A stretch of DNA of 64,000 nucleotides, taken from positions 1,920,001 through 1,984,000 of the forward strand of contig CAVTTL010000001.1 in NCBI GenBank assembly GCA_963737635.1. The letters are read 5' to 3'. How positions within the stretch are numbered: position 1 is the first letter of the stretch; every line of letters begins with the position of its first letter. The notes below the pieces were generated by a model. That model was not told the origin of the DNA. It made no database searches and worked only from the letters and a program-made list of their open reading frames with translations. Position numbers and translations under genes: made by a program. This DNA comes from an uncultured Methanoregulaceae archaeon. Lineage in GTDB: Archaea > Halobacteriota > Methanomicrobia > Methanomicrobiales > Methanospirillaceae. Positions 1-9,835 of this stretch are shown piece by piece.

Positions 1-1740
1 TCTGTTGCCCTTGCGGTCGGGATGGTGCCCGAACTTCTCCCGATGATACTTTCCCTCAACCTTTCAAAGGGCGCCATTGCGATGTCAGAGAAGGGAGCTA
101 TCGTCAAACACCCGGCATCGATCCAGAACTTCGGGAGCATGGACGTGCTATGTACCGACAAGACCGGCACACTGACCGAGAACCAGATTGCCCTTGTCTG
201 CCACCTCGATACTGAAGGAAACGACAGCGAGACGGTGCTCACCTATTCGTATATCAACAGCGTTTTCAGCACCGGGCTCAAAAGCCCACTCGATGAAGCA
301 GTGCTCCGGTTCCGGCACCTCGATATCAGCGATTGTACCAAGATCGACGAGATCCCGTTCGATTTTGTCCGGAAGAGAGTATCTGTCGTTGCAACGACGA
401 AAGATGGTGCAATCATCGTCTCCAAAGGGGCACCAGAGGAGGTCCTGCGCATCTGCACGGCAGAAGAGCGGGGAGGTATCGTCCAGCCGCTTGACGATCA
501 GGCCAGAACACGGATCCAGCAGATCTATGAAAAACAGAGTGAGCAGGGGTTCCGGACGCTCGCGGTCTGTTACCGGAAGCTCAAGACTGCCCAGACCGTC
601 TTTTCCGTCGATGATGAAAAAGAGATGGTCCTTGTGGGCCTCATCACCTTTATTGACCCCCCCAAGGAGAGCGCCAAAGAATCCATTGAACTTCTTGCCC
701 GGTCCCGGATCGAACTCAAGATCCTCACCGGGGACAACGAACTCGTGACCCGCAAGACCTGCGAACTGATCGGGCTTCCGGTAAAAGGGGTCCTTACCGG
801 TGCCGAGATCGAAAACCTCGATACCGAGGGACTCGCCCGGGTGGTTGATGGCATAACCATATTCTCCCGGATGACGCCGGTCCAGAAAAACCGGGTCATG
901 AATGCCTTCAAGCGCAACGGCCACGTTGTCGGGTTCATGGGCGACGGGATCAATGATGCCCCTTCAATCAGGGAAGCAGACGTCGGTATCTCGGTCGCAA
1001 ACGCGGTCGACATTGCAAAAGAATCCGCCGACATCATCCTGTTGAAAAACGATCTCTGCATCCTCCACGACGGGGTTATAGAAGGGAGAAAGACCGTCGG
1101 CAATACCATGAAGTATATCCTGATGAATACGAGTTCCAATTTCGGGAACATGTTCAGTGTGGCGGGGGCATCACTTTTCCTTCCCTTCCTTCCGATGCTG
1201 CCGATCCAGATCCTGCTCAACAACCTTCTCTACAGTATTTCGCAGGTAGCCATTCCCACGGACAATGTGGATCCTGTCTATACCGCTTCTCCCAAGACAT
1301 GGGATATCAGGTTCATCAAGGATTTCACGATATTATTTGGCCCGCTCAGTTCGGTCTTCGATTTTATCACCTTTTTCGTCCTGCTCTATATTTTCGAGGC
1401 GAATTCTGCCCTCTTCCAGACCTCCTGGTTTATCGAATCCATCTGTACCCAGACGCTGATCGTCTTTGTCATCAGGACGCGGCTGGTACCGTTTTACAAG
1501 AGTAAACCGAGCCGGCTGTTAATCCTCTGTGCGGTTGTAATTACCGCTGTCGGTTGCATACTGCCCTTTACTATACTCGGGGCGTTCTTTGGCTTCGTAC
1601 AGCCCCCGCTTGCATTCTTTGGCGTGCTGATCTGCCTTGTGCTCGGATACATTCTCCTTGTTGAATTGGCGAAGGTGTGGTTCTACCGGAGATATGCCGT
1701 TTTTATTGAAAAGAAAAAACCTGCCGCCATCCCACAGTAA
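1..1740 (+). CDS. mgtA: Mg2+-transporting P-type ATPase (5' part outside window)
   Basis: VPELLP, DKTGTLT phosphorylation motif, PFDFVRKR, KGAPEE, TGDN, GDGINDAP and SSNFGNMFS motifs typical of MgtA/MgtB; the frame is open to the window edge. Confidence 0.92.
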   Translation, partial: SVALAVGMVPELLPMILSLNLSKGAIAMSEKGAIVKHPASIQNFGSMDVLCTDKTGTLTENQIALVCHLDTEGNDSETVLTYSYINSVFSTGLKSPLDEAVLRFRHLDISDCTKIDEIPFDFVRKRVSVVATTKDGAIIVSKGAPEEVLRICTAEERGGIVQPLDDQARTRIQQIYEKQSEQGFRTLAVCYRKLKTAQTVFSVDDEKEMVLVGLITFIDPPKESAKESIELLARSRIELKILTGDNELVTRKTCELIGLPVKGVLTGAEIENLDTEGLARVVDGITIFSRMTPVQKNRVMNAFKRNGHVVGFMGDGINDAPSIREADVGISVANAVDIAKESADIILLKNDLCILHDGVIEGRKTVGNTMKYILMNTSSNFGNMFSVAGASLFLPFLPMLPIQILLNNLLYSISQVAIPTDNVDPVYTASPKTWDIRFIKDFTILFGPLSSVFDFITFFVLLYIFEANSALFQTSWFIESICTQTLIVFVIRTRLVPFYKSKPSRLLILCAVVITAVGCILPFTILGAFFGFVQPPLAFFGVLICLVLGYILLVELAKVWFYRRYAVFIEKKKPAAIPQ

Positions 1741-1795
1741 CTCCGGCATACCCTTTTTTATTAGGCGAACATTAAAAAACCGGCACGATCTACCT

Positions 1796-1813
1796 ATTGA
1801 CTGACCAGTCAAT
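1796..1813. promoter_or_regulatory. Palindromic operator ATTGACTG-AC-CAGTCAAT, probable binding site of the downstream TetR regulator
   Basis: Perfect 8-bp inverted repeat about 25 nt downstream of a TATA-like ATTAAAAA (1771) and 20 nt upstream of the aldo/keto reductase ATG; TetR gene follows in the same orientation. Confidence 0.6.
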
Positions 1814-1833
1814 TCAGAAAGTAAGGTGTTCCC

Positions 1834-3072
1834 ATGCTCTATGGTACTGTTCCAAAAACCGGTGACAAGCTCTCCATCCTCGGCTTCGGCTGCATGCGCT
1901 ACCCGTCGAAAAACCGGGGCATTGATGAAGAGCGGACGATCCGCCAGATCCGCCACGCGATCGATAACGGCGTCAATTATTTCGACACTGCCCCGGTCTA
2001 CCACCTGGGAAAAAGCGAACCGCTCCTTGCAAAGGCGCTCCAGGACGGGTACCGTGAGAAGGTGAAGATCGCAACAAAACTCCCGCCTTGGTCGGTGCGG
2101 GAGCGAACCGACATGGACCGGATTCTCGCAAAGCAGCTGGCCACGCTCCAGACCGATCATATCGACTATTACCTGCTCCACGGTCTTGCAGGAGAGAGCT
2201 GGGAGAAACTCCTGCGGCTCGGCGTGCTCGAATTCCTCGAAAAGGCTCAGGCATCCGGGAAGATCAAAAATGCCGGTTTCTCGTTCCACGGGAATTTCGA
2301 TGCCTTCAAAACGATCGTAGATGCGTACGACTGGCAGTTCTGCCAGATCCAGTACAATCTCCTTGATGAGAACAACCAGGCCGGAACAGCCGGGCTCCGG
2401 TATGCCGCAGAAAAGAAGCTCGCTGTTATGGTAATGGAACCGCTGCGGGGGGGCAGCCTTGCCGGCCATGTACCTGAAGAAGTACAGAAGATCTATGATC
2501 AGGCTCCGGTAAAAAGATCGGCGGCCGAATGGGCCCTGCGCTGGGTACTTGACCACCCGGAGGTGACCGTCGTCCTCTCGGGCATGAACGATGAGTCCCA
2601 CATAGATGAGAATATCCGCATGGCGGGTACTGCCCTTCCCCAGTCACTCTCACCCGAAGACTGTGCCGTCCTTGATACGGCAAAAGCAGCATTCAAGCGG
2701 CTCATGAAAGTCGGCTGCACCGGATGCGGGTACTGCATGCCCTGCCCGGCAGGAGTCGACATCCCGGGCTGTTTTGCACTCTACAATGACCGCCACCTTT
2801 TCCCAAAAGACAAAAGTCCGCGTTTCCAGTACATCGGCCATCACGGCGGCCTCTTAAACAAACCCTCGAACGCCGGCCTCTGCAGGGATTGCGGGAAGTG
2901 CGAGAAAGCCTGTCCCCAGCACCTGCCGATCCCGGGTCTGCTCAAGGACGTGAAGGCCGATATGGAGGGCATGATGATGGTGATCGTACCGGTCCTCAAA
3001 GGAGGCCTGTGGTGCATGAGCACGGCATCACGCGTTCGTTCGTTCTTCTCCCGGGAGAAGGCCCATGGATGA
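1834..3072 (+). CDS. Aldo/keto reductase with C-terminal 4Fe-4S dicluster domain
   Basis: LGFGCMR, GVNYFDTAPVY, IDYYLLH, MEPLRGG; CTGCGYCMPCP and CRDCGKCEKACP ferredoxin motifs. Confidence 0.92.
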   Translation: MLYGTVPKTGDKLSILGFGCMRYPSKNRGIDEERTIRQIRHAIDNGVNYFDTAPVYHLGKSEPLLAKALQDGYREKVKIATKLPPWSVRERTDMDRILAKQLATLQTDHIDYYLLHGLAGESWEKLLRLGVLEFLEKAQASGKIKNAGFSFHGNFDAFKTIVDAYDWQFCQIQYNLLDENNQAGTAGLRYAAEKKLAVMVMEPLRGGSLAGHVPEEVQKIYDQAPVKRSAAEWALRWVLDHPEVTVVLSGMNDESHIDENIRMAGTALPQSLSPEDCAVLDTAKAAFKRLMKVGCTGCGYCMPCPAGVDIPGCFALYNDRHLFPKDKSPRFQYIGHHGGLLNKPSNAGLCRDCGKCEKACPQHLPIPGLLKDVKADMEGMMMVIVPVLKGGLWCMSTASRVRSFFSREKAHG

Positions 3073-3135
3073 GTCTTTCGGGGCATCTGTCTCTACGGTC
3101 ATCCCGTCTGACCAAGGAGAGGAGGCGTCTCTTTG

Positions 3136-3786
3136 GTGAAGCACGCGGAACCGGCACCCGACAAACGGGACGCTATTCTTGAAACCGCACTCGTACTCTT
3201 CTGCGAACGTGGGTTTTACGGCACGCCAACCTCGCTGATCTCGCGGGAGGCCGGCGTCGCGACCGGGACCCTCTTTTTCTATTTCCCCACAAAGGAAGAG
3301 CTGATCGATACCTTGTACCGGCAGATCAAGAGTGAAGCCGGTAAAGCCCTCAGGGCCGGCGTAGACCAAGAGCCAACCACAAAAGAAAAACTGTGCAGGG
3401 TCTGGGAGAATGCAGTCGCGTGGGCACTGGAAAATCCGCAGCGGTGCAGGTTCATGGAGCAGTTCGCTCACTCGCCGTTTGTCTCCTCGACCGCACAGGA
3501 AGAAGGCATGTCGCATTTCCTTTTCATGCTTGAGCTGGTTCGGGACGGGATAGAGGAAGGGATCATCCGGGACTACGACCCGCTCCTCCTCTGCTCGATC
3601 TTGGCGGCCTCTCTTTCCGCTCTCGCTCCCCAGATCATAGCGACGCCGGACCCGGAGAAACGAGTTCTCCTTATCCGGCAGGGGTACGCGTTTCTCTGGA
3701 ACGGCATCGCAACCGATTCCACAACCGGGAAACCCCGCACCCATGGCCATGTGACGGTAAAGAAAAAGAGGAGCCGGCAACCATGA
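3136..3786 (+). CDS. TetR/AcrR family transcriptional regulator
   Basis: N-terminal HTH: ILETALVLFCERGFYGT..ISREAGVATGTLFFYFPTKEELI; start codon uncertain. Confidence 0.9.
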   Translation: MKHAEPAPDKRDAILETALVLFCERGFYGTPTSLISREAGVATGTLFFYFPTKEELIDTLYRQIKSEAGKALRAGVDQEPTTKEKLCRVWENAVAWALENPQRCRFMEQFAHSPFVSSTAQEEGMSHFLFMLELVRDGIEEGIIRDYDPLLLCSILAASLSALAPQIIATPDPEKRVLLIRQGYAFLWNGIATDSTTGKPRTHGHVTVKKKRSRQP

Positions 3787-3948
3787 CTGAGATAACGATC
3801 CGGACTTTGACCGCACACTATCACCCATATACCACTCTGGTGAACCACCCATGATTGACTCTGCTTATCTCTCCACTTCCCGGGAAGCATATCCCGGATA
3901 CCTGTCCTGCACGCTGATTCCATGCTTTGTGTCCACCGGAGGCCGGCC

Positions 3949-4677
3949 ATGACCGAGCTCGTCATAGCGGCAAAAGGTCTTACAAAAATGTACGGTGACC
4001 TGACCGCCGTCGACCACGTCGACCTCTCGGTTGAAAAGGGAGCGCTCTTTGGGCTGCTGGGCCCGAACGGCTCCGGCAAATCGACCATGATCAAGATGCT
4101 GACCGGCCAGATCCGGCCGACTGCCGGCACAGCAACCGTGCTCGGCCTTGATGTACAACAGGACCCTATCGGTGTCCGGGAACGGGTCGGTATCATCCCT
4201 GAGCAGGAGACGCCACCGAGTTTTCTTACCGCGACCGAGTACCTCAGGTTCGTGGGCGCGATCCGGAAGATCCCCGATATCAATGAGCGGGCCGCGTGGT
4301 GGTTTGACTTCCTTGATTTCAAGGACAAAAAAGATGTGCTCTGTAAAGACCTCTCGCGGGGGACACGGCAGAAACTGATGTTTGCCCAGGCATTTATCCA
4401 CAAACCAACTCTTGCGCTTATCGATGAACCACTCATCAACTTCGACCCGATCATGCAACGCGTCGTCAAGGATTATCTTATAGAATACGTAAAAGCCGGT
4501 AACACGGTCTTCCTCTCTACCCATATCCTTGAAGTAGCCGAGGAGATCTGCTCGGGTTTTGCGATCCTGCACAAAGGAAACCTCCTCTATTCCGGGAAGG
4601 TCTGCGATCTTACTGCAGAAGACCGTCACCTTGACGACTTCTTCCTTGCGCTCGTGCAGAGGGGCGGCAATGTTTGA
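3949..4677 (+). CDS. ABC transporter ATP-binding protein (ABC-2 type)
   Basis: Walker A GPNGSGKS, signature LSRGTRQK, Walker B LIDEP, STH switch. Confidence 0.92.
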   Translation: MTELVIAAKGLTKMYGDLTAVDHVDLSVEKGALFGLLGPNGSGKSTMIKMLTGQIRPTAGTATVLGLDVQQDPIGVRERVGIIPEQETPPSFLTATEYLRFVGAIRKIPDINERAAWWFDFLDFKDKKDVLCKDLSRGTRQKLMFAQAFIHKPTLALIDEPLINFDPIMQRVVKDYLIEYVKAGNTVFLSTHILEVAEEICSGFAILHKGNLLYSGKVCDLTAEDRHLDDFFLALVQRGGNV

Positions 4678-6077
4678 ACTCTTCATCGCGATGGTCAAGG
4701 AAGAGTGGCGGATCCACTCGACGATGTTTGGGAGCCTCTCGTTTGCGCTTTTTCCGGCCCTCATTTTCTGGATCGCGTTCATGGGATCGTTTCTTCTCCC
4801 GCTGATGCGAAAGAGCCTGCCTTCCGGGGAACTCTCGCTTGTGCTCCACGCAAACTACCTGATGCTTGGCTTTATGGTGGGGGCTTTTGGCCTTATGGGG
4901 GCCGAAGTCATGAACCGCCGGTTCGGGCAGGCAAGCCTGCTTCCCTACGCTGCCCGGAGCCTGCCGCTCTCTGAACGATTTATCTTCGCAAACTTTGTCG
5001 TAAAGGACACCCTCTATTATTTCGTCCTCTGGGTGCTCCCGCTTTCGCTTGGCTTCCTGCTTGCCTCACCCTTCATTGGCGTCCCGGTCACGCTTCCGCT
5101 GCTGCTATCCCTTACCCTCACGCTCTCGTTCCTTTTTGGTCTCTGTGCCGTCTTTTTCCTCTCCTCTTTATATTCGCGATCGAAATCTGCGCTTGCGGCT
5201 GTCCTTATCGCTCTTGTGGCTGCTGCAGCTGCTCTTGCCCTCCTGACCGGCCAGGACCCGGCCCGGTACTTCCCCCCGCTGATGCTCTTTACCGCGTTTT
5301 CGTGGTTGAATCTTATCTTCTCGTGTGCGGCACTTGCGGTTCTCTTTTCTGTCTCGATCTGGCTTTTTTCACCCGAGACGACCGGGACGACAAAACACTA
5401 TGCCGATATGCTTACGCCTCTGTCCGGAAAACTGTCTTTCTTTCCCACGCCGCCTCTTGCCGCAAAGGACCTCATCGATATGTACCGGAGCGGGGGTATG
5501 GTGGGCCAGACGCTTTTTTCCTTTGTCATCCCGCTCGTAGTGATCTGGTTTTTCCTCTCGCTGCTCAACGGCTACCTCCCTTCATATGGCGTGCTCTTGG
5601 AATTTGCGCTTGTAACAGGCGTAATCGCGTCGACGATGTATACATGGCTTACGATGTTTGACACATTTGGCGCCTATGCCTGCCTGCCGGTCAGTGTCCG
5701 CACCGTCATAAAAAGCAAAATAGCGAGCTTCTCGGTCCTCCAGTCTGATTCCTGCGGTCTTTGTTGCTCTTGCCGCCCTGCTCTCCGGGCAGGTGTTCTA
5801 CCTGCTCCCGGCGGTCGTGCTCTGCCTTTCGGTCTCGTTCTACAGCCTCGGGATTACGATCTGGCTGACCGGTCTTGCGCCCAGCGTCCTTGTCTATAAT
5901 GTAAAGGTGATGGTGACGTACCTTGTCCTGATCGGAATAGTACTCGTCACTCTCTCCGCAGTTGCGTTTGCGACACCTTTTGCCGCCCTTGGCGCTATCA
6001 TCCTCTTTGTCCCCGCCGCTTTTTTTGCCCGGCTGGGCTTTGCGAAGTGGGAGGCACGCGAGCAGCCCGGGTTCTGA
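4670..6077 (+). CDS. ABC-2-type multi-pass membrane permease (frameshift near 5745, probably sequencing error)
   Basis: Overlaps the ATPase stop; many TM helices; removing one base at ~5744 joins the 4559..5899 and 5793..6077 ORFs into a continuous hydrophobic protein. Confidence 0.75.
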
Positions 6078-6150
6078 TCTCCTTTTTTTCGCCCGGGGTT
6101 TCCCGGTATAGGAGCAAATCTTTGTATTATTTGCAGACAATAGCAGCATA

Positions 6151-7191
6151 ATGACGTTTCCTGAGACCCACTCCGGTACCGAGCGCCTCCTGTTCCTCCT
6201 TGCCCTTTTTGTGATCATCATTATTGGCATCAGGATAATCGAAACGCCCATAACTATTGTCCTGGTTTCACTGGTGCTTACGCTGCTGCTTTATCCTGCG
6301 ACGCTCTGGCTCCGCACAAAAGGCCTTTCAGCGGCAGCTGCGGTCGGCGTGGTGACGGTGGTCTCGATAGTCTGCATCATTTTTGTCCTGGTCCTGACCG
6401 TCTCATCGTTCAACGTGATCATTGCCGACCTGCCGCAATACCAGAGCGATCTGGCTCTCCGGTTATCAGACATCACGGCTTTCCTCTCGGTACACGGCAT
6501 TAATCCCGGGCGTCTTTTCGCTGCAACCCCCCTTCTCGCAAATAACATCCCGGCGCTGGCCTCATCTCTCATGGATCTCGGCGAGGATATCGTCGACGTC
6601 TTTTTTGTTGCCGTTACGACGTTTTTCATGCTGCTTGCGGCACCACAGATGATCGAAAGAGTCGAATCGCTCTTGCACGATCAGCCGGGAAAACTCCGTC
6701 ATCTCTCGCGGATGAGCGGTTTTGTGGTCGATTTTATGGTCGTACGCACGGAGACTAACTTCGTCCACAGTGTGCTTTTTGGGGGCGTGCTTGCCATTAT
6801 GGGCGTCCACGCCGCGATCCTCTGGGGGGTACTGACGTTTGTCCTGTGCTACATCCCGTATTTTGGCCTCATTCTTGCAGCGATCCCGGCAATCTTCTTT
6901 GCCTGGCTCCAGTTTGGGGTCTGGGGGGCAGTCGCGGTCATTGCCGTGGTCTGCATCCTCAACCTGATCGTAGAGAACCCGGTCTTCTCGTACCTTGCGG
7001 CACGCAGGTTTGAGATACCGGCGCTTGTAGTGATCCTCTCGGTAATTTTCTGGGGCTGGCTGTTTGGCTTTGCCGGGTTGCTTTTCTCGGTTCCCTTTAC
7101 CCTGATGACGGTCACCCTCATTGAATTCAGCGACGACCTCCGCTGGGTCAACACGTTGCTTGGCTTTGAGCATTTGTTTGAAGAGAAATAG
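6151..7191 (+). CDS. AI-2E (PerM/TqsA) family transporter
   Basis: AILWGVLTFVLCYIPYFG, IVENPV..P and SVIFWGWLFGFAGLLFSVP motifs. Confidence 0.9.
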   Translation: MTFPETHSGTERLLFLLALFVIIIIGIRIIETPITIVLVSLVLTLLLYPATLWLRTKGLSAAAAVGVVTVVSIVCIIFVLVLTVSSFNVIIADLPQYQSDLALRLSDITAFLSVHGINPGRLFAATPLLANNIPALASSLMDLGEDIVDVFFVAVTTFFMLLAAPQMIERVESLLHDQPGKLRHLSRMSGFVVDFMVVRTETNFVHSVLFGGVLAIMGVHAAILWGVLTFVLCYIPYFGLILAAIPAIFFAWLQFGVWGAVAVIAVVCILNLIVENPVFSYLAARRFEIPALVVILSVIFWGWLFGFAGLLFSVPFTLMTVTLIEFSDDLRWVNTLLGFEHLFEEK

Positions 7192-7198
7192 ATCGAAT
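7067..7198 (+). repeat. Direct repeat copy 1: 3' end of the AI-2E gene (att-like)
   Basis: Aligns by eye to 11492..11622 with about 15 differences in ~132 nt. Confidence 0.9.
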
Positions 7199-7368
7199 GG
7201 ATCAGACCTAGGTCCGGGGGTATCTGTCTCGGCACCAAAAGAGAGGGAAAGGTCGGATAAACTCCGGCTTTTTTTTATTTATCCGGCGATCACTAGGACA
7301 GAACAGCGAGGCTGCCATTGCGTGAAATATTCCAGGCACTCTTGGCCAGAGAATGTAAAAGGAGGAAG

Positions 7369-8283
7369 TCACGGTAGTTTCTCGAGAAAGACTTCTGCGT
7401 TTCCACCAGCGTCCAGTATTCTTATCAGTTCTTCGTAGGTTGGGTCACGTTCACCATACCCCGCATACCCGAACTTTTTGCCGATCCAATTGAGAAGCCC
7501 CATGGATGTATAATTCCACGACTCAGGTTCGCAAAACATTTTTTTAATAACAAATCCGTTCGCTTTCAGGGTACGTATCATTTCATCACGGTCATCTCTT
7601 GGCATACTTGGTGAAGCGTGAAACTCGATAAAGAGTCTGAGACGAGGGAGTTTCAACGTTTCAGATGCGCCTTTGATAATATGGTATTCATACCCCTCAA
7701 CGTCCATCCGCACGAACGTCGGTTGCGGTATGCCGTAGTCCCAGATAAGGGTGTCAAGAGTACGCATTTCAACTCGCTCGTGACCGATAATATTAGCCTC
7801 ATCTTGTATCGTAAACGATGACCAGTTGGATTGGTTGGTAAGGGTTATGTCATCATACCCATTAAAACTCCCAACGGCACAGTGGATCGTTTCGATCTTC
7901 ATGTTGTTGAGCGCGATATTCGTTTTTAGCCGTTGGTGATTGGCTGAAACCGGTTCGATTGCATAAATGGTTTTACACTGCGGTGCTTCAAGGAGGGCAT
8001 AGTACCCGATATTCACTCCAATGTCAATAACCACGTCATCCTCTTTCACTGTTGATTTCACATACTCAACCGAAAAAAATTCCCGATTTCTTATGAAAAG
8101 CAGATCCTTTGAAAGTCCCGGATCGGTCAGATCTAATTTCACGATGTAGTTGTGGATATGGATAATCGGATCCTCATGATGAATCCTTGTATAAAACCAA
8201 AAACGAAAATCATTCCACACCCGGTTCTTAACATAAACCAGCGAAAATACGTTCTTCCAGAATTTTTTTGAGATATCATCCAC
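7369..8283 (-). CDS. FkbM family SAM-dependent methyltransferase
   Basis: VIDIGVNIGYY, AIEP, TLD, RMDVEGYEYHIIKGA, IEFH motifs. Confidence 0.9.
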   Translation of the reverse strand: MDDISKKFWKNVFSLVYVKNRVWNDFRFWFYTRIHHEDPIIHIHNYIVKLDLTDPGLSKDLLFIRNREFFSVEYVKSTVKEDDVVIDIGVNIGYYALLEAPQCKTIYAIEPVSANHQRLKTNIALNNMKIETIHCAVGSFNGYDDITLTNQSNWSSFTIQDEANIIGHERVEMRTLDTLIWDYGIPQPTFVRMDVEGYEYHIIKGASETLKLPRLRLFIEFHASPSMPRDDRDEMIRTLKANGFVIKKMFCEPESWNYTSMGLLNWIGKKFGYAGYGERDPTYEELIRILDAGGNAEVFLEKLP

Positions 8284-8515
8284 TGTTTCACTTCCACGAT
8301 TGCAAAAATTGGTGAGTTGTTTTTTGATCGCATGACTTTTTGATTATCATATGAGACATAATGTTATTTATAATTTACAAAAAGAATGCTTTTGCATCTA
8401 TCATTGGCAGTGAATTTTTCACTTCCGGATCCGGACAATAATTCCGGCATTTCCCTTCGGAAGACATAAACTTATAAAAGGATTTGTCCTCTTCTAAGGA
8501 AAGGTGCGCCTCATC

Positions 8516-9718
8516 ATGATCTCGGTTCTCTATGTCGATGATATGCCCGCCCTGCTTGAGATCGGCAAACACTTTCTTGAGGAGAGCGGTCAGTTCGATG
8601 TTGATGTTATTTCCTCTGCACCGGCCGCACTTGCTCGGCTGAAAACAAAGACCTACGATGCCATCATCTCGGATTACCAGATGCCGGAGATGGATGGCAT
8701 CGAATTTTTGAAAAACGTCAGGGATTCGGAAAATACCATCCCGTTTATCCTTTTCACCGGCCGGGGTCGGGAAGAAGTTGTCATCCAGGCCCTGAATGAA
8801 GGGGCAGATTTCTATCTTCAGAAAGGTGGGGAGCCGGTATCCCAGTTCGCCGAGCTCGCACATAAGGTCCGCCAGTCTGTCCAGCAGAGACAAGCAGAGG
8901 CGAACATACGTGACCTTGAACGCCGGGAAGCAGATATCATCAACTTCCTGCCGGATGCCACGTTTGCTATCGATACTAACGGCGTGGTGATCGCCTGGAA
9001 TCAAGCGATGGAGAAGATGACCGGCATCAGAGCCGACGAAATGCTCGGAAAAGGGAATTACGAGTACGCGATCCCCTTCTATGGAAAGAGGCAGCCGATC
9101 CTGATCGATTTGATCTATGAATCTGACGAGGTTATTGATAAGCACTATTCGAATATCATTCACGAGAACGACACCCTTATTGCCGATACTACGACCCCTA
9201 GGCCGAACGGGAAGTCGCTTACCTTTATGGGCAAGGCAAGCCCGCTCTACAACCGGCAAGGCGATATTATCGGTGCGATCGAGTCCATCCGCGATATCAC
9301 GGAATTAAAAAGGGCTGAAGAAGCCTTACGCCATGCAAAAAGAGACTGGGAAATTATCTTCCGTACTATCGGCAGTCCCGTGATGGTTCTCGATGCAAAT
9401 AATGGGATCATCGATGCCAACGATGCGACACTCAACGTTGCCGGAAAGACGCTTGACGATCTGAAGGGAAAACGCTGCTACGAAGTGTTCCATACGCAGG
9501 ACCCCCGGCCTCCCGACAACTGTCCGTTCGAGCAGCTCAAGAAGACGGGCAGAACTGAGATTTCGGCTACGGACATCAATGCATTAAACGGCTACTATGT
9601 GGTGAATTGCACGCCGGTCTATGATACCGCCGGCCATCTTGAAAAGGTGATCCATATTGTCACGGATGTGACCGAGCGCAGACTCGCTGAGAACAAACTC
9701 AAAAATACTCGCGAATAG
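8516..9718 (+). CDS. Response regulator receiver + two PAS domains (no kinase domain)
   Basis: VLYVDD, ISDYQMPEMDG, FTGRGREE, QKGG receiver; PAS/PAC ending AIESIRDITE; second PAS with CYEVFH..CP motif. Confidence 0.88.
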   Translation: MISVLYVDDMPALLEIGKHFLEESGQFDVDVISSAPAALARLKTKTYDAIISDYQMPEMDGIEFLKNVRDSENTIPFILFTGRGREEVVIQALNEGADFYLQKGGEPVSQFAELAHKVRQSVQQRQAEANIRDLERREADIINFLPDATFAIDTNGVVIAWNQAMEKMTGIRADEMLGKGNYEYAIPFYGKRQPILIDLIYESDEVIDKHYSNIIHENDTLIADTTTPRPNGKSLTFMGKASPLYNRQGDIIGAIESIRDITELKRAEEALRHAKRDWEIIFRTIGSPVMVLDANNGIIDANDATLNVAGKTLDDLKGKRCYEVFHTQDPRPPDNCPFEQLKKTGRTEISATDINALNGYYVVNCTPVYDTAGHLEKVIHIVTDVTERRLAENKLKNTRE

Positions 9719-9835
9719 CTTGTCGCTTCCGCAGGATGGGGTTGAACCAGGGACTTGAAAAGGTAGGTATGGAGAAGCACATTTTCAAAAAAGGTTGCTC
9801 TTTGTGCCCCGACAATGCAAAGAGCACCCGGCAGC

